In this document: positions 9,243 to 16,167 of the stretch, piece after piece
Layout: every line of letters begins with the position of its first letter
How positions within the stretch are numbered: the first letter of the stretch is position 1
Source of the DNA: Geosiphon pyriformis uo1
Taxonomy: Eukaryota > Fungi > Glomeromycota
DNA length: 16,167 nucleotides
Direction: 5' to 3'
Assembly: GCA_016748015.1 (NCBI GenBank)
Contig: JAAOMT010000543.1
Coordinates: 640,317 to 656,483 of the forward strand
The notes under the pieces: model-generated
Seen by the model: the letters and a program-made list of their open reading frames with translations, nothing else
Told to the model about the DNA's origin: nothing
Database searches by the model: none
Made by a program: the position numbers and the translations under genes

Positions 9243-9984
9243 TTCTTTTTTGTTTTCTGTGGTTTCTTCTTGTTCTGATTCAGTTTCTTCACTTTCTAAG
9301 TTCTCTGAATAATTACTTTTGTTTTCCTGTAAGTACTCAATAATATTGGTGCTTGTTGATATAGGTTCCTGCTGTTGAATAGAATTTTTAGGTAACTAAA
9401 AGTCTTCTGGTTTAAAAAAATGGTTAAGTGGTAAACTTGGTGTTTGTAGTTAAACAAGTAAAATTGAAAATGGCATAATAAGAAGTAGTAATTTGACACT
9501 GGTTTTTTGTTCAGGTGTTTGTAGATGTTTGGCAGTTGTCTTTGGTAGTATTGGAGTGTTTGGGGTGGTTCTTGAGTATTGTTTCACTTTTGGTTTGCCT
9601 TTGTTGCTTGTTTCTGTTTTTAATTCAAAGTTAATAGAGTATTGGGACTGTACTGGATATGTTTCTTCACAGTACTTAATAATGTTAAAATTAAGTTCTT
9701 GGAAGTAGGTGGCAAGTGTGTTACTGTTAAGGTCTTCAGTTCCCAACTGTGAATAATGTACTAAATTATTGTAAAGATTGCTTCTCACTTCTGAAATGTT
9801 GTAATTTCCAAGAAGATAATTGTTGATACGGTTTTCAATATATTGGTATACTGATTTTTTAACAACTTCAATTCCGTCTGGGATGTTGAATCTTTGCTTG
9901 CAGTAGGTGTAAATTGACTGATAATACTCTAGAGTTGCTGTATCTGGTGTGGTTGCCACTTTGAATTTGTTGTTGCTGTGTTAT

Positions 9985-10002
9985 TTCCATAGGAAAGCAC
10001 CA
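9985..10002 (-). promoter_or_regulatory. Primer binding site (PBS) of copy A1
   Basis: Minus strand GTAACA-TT-TGGTGCTTTCCTATGGAA, complementary to a tRNA 3' end ...GGAAAGCACCA; tRNA identity uncertain. Confidence 0.8.
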
Positions 10003-10615
10003 AATGTTACCAGAGGTTTTTAGTCTCTTTTCTTGAATGTTGTAAATGTTAATTTTGCTGTGAATTTATGTTTCTGGGAAGTAGTTAGATCTCCAGTAAT
10101 TGAATTTATCTTCAAATTATCTCCTATAATTTGAACTGCTGGGCTTATGAGTGGAATGACCAATTTCTTGCCAGTTACTTTATGTAGTTACATTGTAGTA
10201 AACATCAACTCTTTCCCAGGAATTGCTTGTTTGGAAGCTCATTAAAATATGTAGTTACTTTGCTGTAAAAGTCAATTCTTCTACAGGAATCTTGTCTGTA
10301 GGCTACCCTAATGATTATAATAAAAATAAAAGAAAAATAAAAGAAATGTAAAGGAAATAGAATTCTGTCAAGAGAAACGTTTTCTATCCAGGCCTGAAAT
10401 CACTAACAGATTACTGAAATTGGTAGCTAATCAATTTCAAAACGTTAGTTGTGTTGAGGGAATTTCAAGTACAATAATCAAAGGATTTGGGTTTTGAATA
10501 TTTAATTTTTAATTGAAATATGTAAAAAGTAATTTGTTTCAATTAAAATATCTAAAGTAGGATATTATGGTAAGATACTATAAGAAGATACATTTTCTAG
10601 AAGAGAAAAGCTCTT

Positions 10616-10623
10616 CTTTTATA
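10616..10623 (-). promoter_or_regulatory. Candidate TATA box in U3 of the central LTR
   Basis: TATAAAAG on the minus strand, ~70 nt downstream of the TTCGGCGAA repeat cluster; conserved in both LTRs. Confidence 0.55.
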
Positions 10624-10694
10624 CAACTTGTTGTAGCACTAGTCTTTGAACTTGCACTTTTCTCTTTGCTACAATTTAGGTGAACTAAGGATAC

Positions 10695-10770
10695 ATTTCG
10701 GCAAATTTACAAGTTATTTCACTAAACTATTGATTATTTCGGCGAATTTTCATTAATTTCGGCGAATTTT
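10695..10770. repeat. Four ~20-bp-period units of ATTTCGGCGAATTT in U3
   Basis: Units start at 10695 (ATTTCGGCAAATTT), 10716 (ATTTCACTAAACT, degenerate), 10736 and 10756 (both ATTTCGGCGAATTTT). The other LTR has one unit (1851-1865). Confidence 0.85.
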
Positions 10771-10955
10771 GACTATGTTAAAAGATTCAGAGTATTGTGT
10801 AATTTGATCATCTTAATTTCTAGAGTGCAAATCGGATTATTGATTGAGTAATAATATTTGATAATTTGATTAAATAATAAGTGATAATCGAATTAATAAT
10901 AATGTATACTAATTATTAATAGGAATTATAAGAGTAATTTCATGCTAATTAATAG

Positions 10956-11663
10956 CTTAAATTTTACTGATAACATAATCTCCTCTTCAAGACTGAGCTC
11001 CATCAAAGTTCAAGTACTATCTGTAATGTTAAGATAGTGGTCCAAGATAATTGAAGTGATTTGGTCTCAAAATTATTGAAATTTCAGTTTTGTGAGCTTT
11101 TCAATGTATTGAATCTTCATTGGATGGAGTATTAGATTTTGTAGGACATTTTCACAAGTGTTAAATAACTCATAGAGTCTAAATGCTGCTCTAAGTTTGT
11201 AGTGTGTGTTTGTTAATCCAGCTGCTGTCTTGAATTTATTGTGAATTTGTTTTTGTATAGTTTCAGGAGTGATGTTGGTTGCTTCAAGTTCTAGTTTTTG
11301 TTCATAAAGTGTTTTTCCAATATTAAAATATCTATATATAAGAGTATGTTCTTTGTTCTGTTTATTGAGGAATAGTAGAAGTTTTTGTTGCATTGTGGTA
11401 TTTGGTGGAATGACAATAGGGACAATTAAAAGATTTTCTTTTAGTGCTTGCTTCAAAAGTTCTGGTAACCTATTTCTGGAGTGATCTCTTGTTTTTTTTC
11501 TATAAGAGTAATAGTTCTGAGAATTATTTACTATTGGGGCTGTGGTTTTTTTCTGAATGTAATTAATTTGATTTCTATTAATCGTTATGGACAAGTCAGA
11601 AAGTGTTTTCAAAGCTAACATTAATTTTTGGAATATTTGTTGAATATTTCGGAGAATAATCAT
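10956..11663 (-). pseudogene. ORF3 accessory ORF, copy A2 (first 196 codons open)
   Basis: Track ORF 11073..11663. Its stop is a TAA where A1 has CAA, and the frame continues F*DQITSIILDHYLNITDST*TLMELSLEEEIMLSVKF into the LTR. Same 708-nt span as A1. Confidence 0.85.
10976..10988 (-). promoter_or_regulatory. Polypurine tract (PPT) of copy A2
   Basis: Minus strand GAAGAGGAGATTA abuts the TG of the LTR. Confidence 0.8.
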
Positions 11664-11823
11664 GATAAAAATGACTAATTAATAACAAAGTTTGAAAAGA
11701 ATAAAGAAAATTATTTTTGGATATAGGATTTTTATTTGTTTTTGGGTTTGGGTGTTTTTGTAATTATTTACTATTTTTGTTTTTGTGTGTTTATTAAAAA
11801 AATTATTGTAAAATTATGTTAAA

Positions 11824-13209
11824 TTAAGTGTTCAAGTTTGGTTGTTGTTCTATAATAATTATTGGTTCTAAATTTTAGGGAATATCTTCAGGGTTAATTA
11901 AAGGAGAATGTGTACCAATTTGTGGAATTAATAGTTCAGGATTATTTCTGAAATGATAGTGTTTCAATTTATCTTTATGTGCAACTTTTGTTAGTATTTT
12001 GTTATCAAGTCTTAACTTGTATGATCTATTGCCTAGAATTTCGTGAATATAAAATGGTTCATCCCATTTGTTTTCAAATTTTTCACTCTATTGTTTTTTA
12101 GCCTTAATTTTGTGTAAGAAAACTTTATTTCTAACTTTAAATTCGTTGGTAATAGGTGGTAATTTGTTGTCATGTCTTTCTTTTTGTTGAGCTTGAGAAT
12201 GTTTAATGTAAGTTGCTGCTATCCTTCTTTTTCCTTCCAGTGTATTAAGAAGAGTGTAGGCCCTTTTTTGGAGTGTTTCTTGAAAGTTTTCTTTATTGAT
12301 TGGTTGCACTAGATATGTTTCTATTGTGAAATTAATTGGTAGTGTTGCTGTTCTTCCATAAGTAAGATCAAATAGTGTGTGTTTCATAGTATCTTGTTTT
12401 AGTGTTCTGTATGCTAGTAACACTGATGGAATAAAGATATCTCATTTCTGCTCAAAATCTGTTGAGACTTTGGCTAAAGATTTACACAATGTTCTGTTAA
12501 AATGTTCTATAAGTCTATTTGTTTGAGGATGATAAAGTAATAATAGAGGTTTTTTGACATTGAATCATTCACAAATTTCTTGTATCAAGTTGTTCACAAA
12601 ATGTGTTTCTTGATCAAATAAAAGTTCAATTGGGCATCCATGTTTACAAATAATGTTTTCATAGATGAAATTTGCTACTGATTTTGCATCTGCTTTTTGG
12701 ATGACTCTAACTTTAGGCCATTTGGTGAGATAATCTACTGCAATTGCAATATAATGATTTCCTTAGATTGTGATAGGTAGTGGTCCGACTAAATCAATTC
12801 CAACTCTGTTAAAAGGTTGTCCAACTTTGATTGGATTTAAAGGTTCTGTGGAGCAAGTTCCTTCTCTTCTTTGACAACTATTACAAGATTCTATATATTG
12901 TCAAATGTTTTTTTGCATTTGAGGCCAAAAGTAATTTTCAAGAGTTCTTTGGATTGTTCTATCTCTTCCCAAGTGTGCTGAAGATGAATCTGTGTGTATG
13001 TTGTATAGGATTGTTTCTTTTTCATTTTTCTGTACTAGTCTGAGTGATTGGTTTGAGTTTCTATGATTTTTGTAATAGATTTTGTTGTGGTGTATAAAAT
13101 ATTGTTTGGATTGGTATTGTAATCGATGTTTTTCACTTGAAAACCAATTTTCTGGTATGATAAGAGTCTCCAAATAGTTTTTAAGATTGTTGTAATTTCC
13201 AGGATCTAT
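11824..13209 (-). pseudogene. Integrase, separate ORF, copy A2
   Basis: HTDSSSAHLG...YFWPQM, GIDLVGPL, DQETHF, KWDEPFYIHEILGNRSYKL. Includes track ORFs 12901..13173 and 12088..12423. Confidence 0.93.
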
Positions 13210-13261
13210 TGTTGTTTTGTTATTTGTTGGTAGGTGAGTTGTGGTGGATTTGTTGTTAATG

Positions 13262-16167
13262 TTAATCTTGTCTCATTCTTGAGAAACTATTAACATTGGT
13301 GTGTAGTTTTTTTGGTTTGTGTTGTATAATATATTTATAATCTGCTAAGAAATCATTCTATTGAGACTGTTTGGCACTTTGTTCAGTTTTCTTTTTATTG
13401 AATCATTTGAGACCAATATTGTCAGTTATAATGTCAAACTTTTTTCTATTTTTTAGATATTGTTGAAATTGTTTAAGAACCCAAATGACTGCAGCCACTT
13501 CTAATTCAGTTGATCTATATTTGAGTTCTGTTGGTTTGAGTGTTCTATTAGTATAAGCAATGACTTATTCCTGGCTATTTTCATCCAATTGTGATAGGAT
13601 AGCACCAAATGCTATGTGTAAAGCATCAATAGCTAGTTAGAACCATTTGTTAAAATTTGGGTAAGCAAGAATTAGAGCTGTTGTCAATTTTGTTTTGAGA
13701 GTTTCAAAAGTTTTTTGTTGTTCTTCTGTTCATTTGTAGAGCACATTTTTGTTGGTGAGATAATTGAGTGGTTTGGCAATTTTTGAGAATCCTTTTATGA
13801 ATTTCCGATAGTAGGAGGCTAATCTTACAAATCCTCTTAGTTCTGTGGTATTTTTAGAAGTTTGAAAGTTTTTAACAGCATTAATTGTTTTAGGGTTTGG
13901 TTTGACTCTATCTTTGCTAACTATGTATCCAAGAAAGATTAAGCTTGTTTTTTCAAAGTGAAATTTTTCAATATTCAACTTCAATCCTGCTTTTCGTAAT
14001 CATTGAAAAACTTCTCGCAGGTAAATAAGATGAACTTCAAAGTTTGGTGAGTACACATTAGTGTTATTAAGATACACAACTACTGATTGCCATAAAAGTC
14101 TTTTATATACAACATCCATGAGTCGTTGGAATGTTGCTGGTACATTGTAGAATCCAAAAAGCATAACATTAAACTTATAGTTTCCTTCTTGGGTGGTAAA
14201 TGCTGTTTTGGGTCTATCTTTTAAATCTATTTCGACTTGTCAGTATCCACTTTCCAAGTTCAAGGTTGAGAAGAACTTGGCTTTTCTTAAAGCATTTAAT
14301 ATGTCATCAATTTTTGGAAGAAAGTAGGCATTTCCAATTGTAACACTATTCAATTGTCAATAATCAACACAGAATCTGATTTTTCCGTTTTTTTTTTTGA
14401 CAAGAACTACTGATAAGGCCTATGGACTTCTTGATGGTTGAATCAATTCATTATTAAGCATTCTCTGGACTTCTTCCCTAATAAATTGGTGGCTGGCAGG
14501 TGGTACTCTGTAAGCTTGCTGATGTTTTGGTGGAGCATCTCCTGTATGAATCTGATGTTGGACAATATCAGTTTTTCCCAGGTTATTGTTGTCTTTTGCA
14601 AATATATCTGCAAATTCAGCTATCAATTGTTTCAATTGTCTTTGTTGTTGAGGTTCTGAGGGACCCATGTTGATTTGAGAGAGTTTTTTTTCCAAAAAAT
14701 AATAGTTTTCAGTAGTAGAAATAATGTTTGAATTTAGAAGTAGTGTATGTCTTATAATTTCGATGAAATTAGAGACAATTTGAGGGTTTTTATCTTAAAA
14801 GATATTACTGTATATGATTCCAATTTCTAATTTATTTAAGAAGACAATAGAGTAATTGTTGGGGTTGTAGAATGTGACTCAAAATTTTTTCATTTCTTTA
14901 GGAATATAAACGTTTGAAATTGAGATTTCATGCTTCAAACAGATTTGTTCATTGGATTCAAAGATTTGTTGGGTAGTGGTGGGTTTTGAGCAGGTGTAAA
15001 TTTCGTGATGTTTTCCAAAAGGTAAAATAGTAATTGGTTGGGAAAGTTGAAGAATCTGGTAAGATTCATTCTGTGTATTGAGAGCTATGTTTACTGGTAC
15101 TGTAAATTGTTCAGTTGAACCAAAACCTTGAGTTTCTCTTTCCCTTTTTCCCAATTGTTCTCTGTTCTTTACTGATTGTAAACTCGAAATGTTGATTAAG
15201 AGTAGGTAAATTGCTTGGGCAATTTTCTCAGCATGTTCAATTTTGAATGGTTTGTCTGTTTCATTTTGTAACATGATGGTAATGTCTCCAGTATATCCTG
15301 CATTTATGACTTTTCCTTTAATGTTAATTTCTTTGCTTGCCAATGATGATCTGAATGCAATTTGAACCATTGCTCTAGATGGAATTTTAAGAGCAATTTT
15401 GAGATTGATTTTTGTCAAAAATTTTGGTTGAAGAACCAAAGTGTCTTTGTTAGGATATCTTAGGTCATATCCTGTATCAATTTCGTGGCCTTTTTCTGGT
15501 TTTATTCTTTTTCCATTGTTATCAAAGTATTTGAGTTGTATAGCAAACTGGTTTTCAGTAAGATAGTTTGGTGTGGTTACAATTTCTTCTTTTGTTTCCA
15601 GTTTTCCAAATTCAATTTCTTCCTGGTTATTTTCACTGAGTAAAGGAATACTAAGAGCATAGCATTCTGGACACCATTTGTTATCACAAGGCATGATGTA
15701 TTCTTTACATAATTGAATGTTTATTTGCCTCTTCAAATTCAAATACTGGGGCTTTTTCTGATCATTTGTTAAAAGTTCCACAAGTAATAGGTACTATGGT
15801 GTATTGTTCTTGGTATGAAATTTTTAGTTCCTAAGTCTCTCAGTCTAAATTTGCATTGGCTTTAAGAAGCCAATCATTTCCGACTAGAGCTTAGTATTGG
15901 GATGTATCCATAACTAGAACTTTGACTGAAATGGTGATTCCATTAATAGTGAATGGGAAATTGTCAATCTTTCTCACTGGTGTCTTTTTCATGCCATCTG
16001 CAGTTACAATTACAGTTTGGGCTGGTTTGTCAACAGTTCTTTAAAGTTGTTGTATTAACTGGTAGGTGATAATACTTCCAGCTGATCCACTGTCTAGAAT
16101 TAATCAGATGGATTTTCCTTCTACTGTGGCTTTAGTATATATGGCAGTAATAGCTTTTTGTTCATTA
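13262..16167 (-). pseudogene. pol: PR-dUTPase-RT-RNase H part of the polyprotein, copy A2
   Basis: LILDSGSAGS (16086-16094), dUTPase motifs, RT with YLDD decayed to YLNN (14063-14074), RNase H IDAL (for TDAS)...NVNSFSRMRQD* with TAA at 13262-13264. Confidence 0.92.
15110..15542 (-). other. dut: dUTPase domain, copy A2
   Basis: DTGYDL, FRSSLA, KVINAGYTG, EKIAQ and RETQGFGSTE within track ORF 14879..15781. The motif III Asp is mutated to Asn. Confidence 0.9.

Larger units (their letters stand above)
4339..9959 (-). pseudogene. gag-pol: Gag-PR-dUTPase-RT-RNase H polyprotein (~1870 codons, originally one frame), copy A1
   Basis: Track ORFs 9450..9959, 8589..8885, 7869..8183, 7194..7511, 6747..6974 and 5658..6512 are all in the same frame, separated by point stops. 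A 2-nt deletion near 5680 relative to copy A2 shifts into RT. Ends NVDSFSRIRQD* at 4339-4341. Confidence 0.92.
1158..10975 (-). mobile_element. Full-length degenerate Ty3/gypsy LTR retrotransposon with dUTPase (copy A1, ~9.8 kb)
   Basis: Direct repeats at 1158-2070 and 10005-10975 with TG...CA ends. PBS at 9985-10002 and PPT at 2071-2083. Minus-strand domain order Gag-PR-(dUT)-RT-RH-IN is the Ty3/gypsy order. Confidence 0.96.
10005..10975 (-). repeat. Central LTR (971 bp): 5' LTR of A1 and 3' LTR of A2
   Basis: TGTTACCAG...CTGATAACA, colinear with 1158-2070. Flanked by the A1 PBS on the left and the A2 PPT on the right. Confidence 0.95.
10005..16167 (-). mobile_element. Second degenerate copy (A2) of the same Ty3/gypsy family, cut by the window edge at the protease start
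   Basis: 10005-16167 is colinear with 1158-~7931, apart from a ~692-bp deletion at 15728/15729 and small indels in the spacers. Confidence 0.95.

Noticed and set aside
8057-9499. Alternate-frame minus ORFs (8057..8644, 9059..9292, 9296..9499; also 7298..7561 and 2308..2520)
   Set aside because: They are off-frame readings of low-complexity or A-rich coding sequence; the motif-bearing frame is different.
10695-10770. CRISPR-like array
   Set aside because: Units are only ~14 bp with 5-7 bp gaps, lie inside an LTR, and there are no cas genes.
5202-14659. Plus-strand track ORFs (5202, 5513, 7621, 7831, 8091, 8291, 9493, 12831, 14438)
   Set aside because: They are short antisense shadows of gag-pol/IN with biased composition and no motifs; most have no counterpart in the other copy.
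14879-15781. 300-aa ORF as an intact or domesticated dUTPase gene
   Set aside because: Its N-terminus is out-of-frame protease sequence joined by a deletion, the motif III Asp is Asn, motif V Gly positions are Glu, and the stop is premature relative to A1.
2051-16167. Alternative genetic code explaining the in-frame stops
   Set aside because: All three stop codons occur, at both Gln and Trp positions, the sister copy often has the sense codon, and catalytic residues are also mutated. This is decay, not recoding.

Overview
This is AT-rich, CpG-poor eukaryotic repeat DNA made entirely of degenerate Ty3/gypsy (Metaviridae) LTR retrotransposons. No host gene is visible. The protein style resembles repeats of Glomeromycotina fungi (Geosiphon-like), but that is from memory and unverified. 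Positions 1-1157 hold the LTR end, PBS and start of the gag-side ORF of a plus-strand element (B). B is interrupted at 1158 by a minus-strand tandem of two related elements (A1 complete, 1158-10975; A2 partial, 10005 to beyond 16167) that share one central LTR: LTR(1158-2070)-internal-LTR(10005-10975)-internal. Comparing the two copies reconstructs an unusual three-ORF layout. ORF1 is one reading frame: ~240-aa N-terminal extension, capsid, CCHC knuckle, Q/N/P/Y-rich linker, aspartic protease, Cys-rich domain, dUTPase, dUTPase-like remnant, RT and RNase H, ending in a stop shared by both copies. ORF2 is a free-standing integrase behind a non-coding CAA-rich spacer. ORF3 is a ~235-aa soluble-looking protein in the env position, preceded by a splice-acceptor-like signal and running through the PPT into U3. 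All ORFs are pseudogenised, mainly by C>T/G>A transitions. Translations, alignments and domain boundaries were done by eye, so boundaries are approximate.
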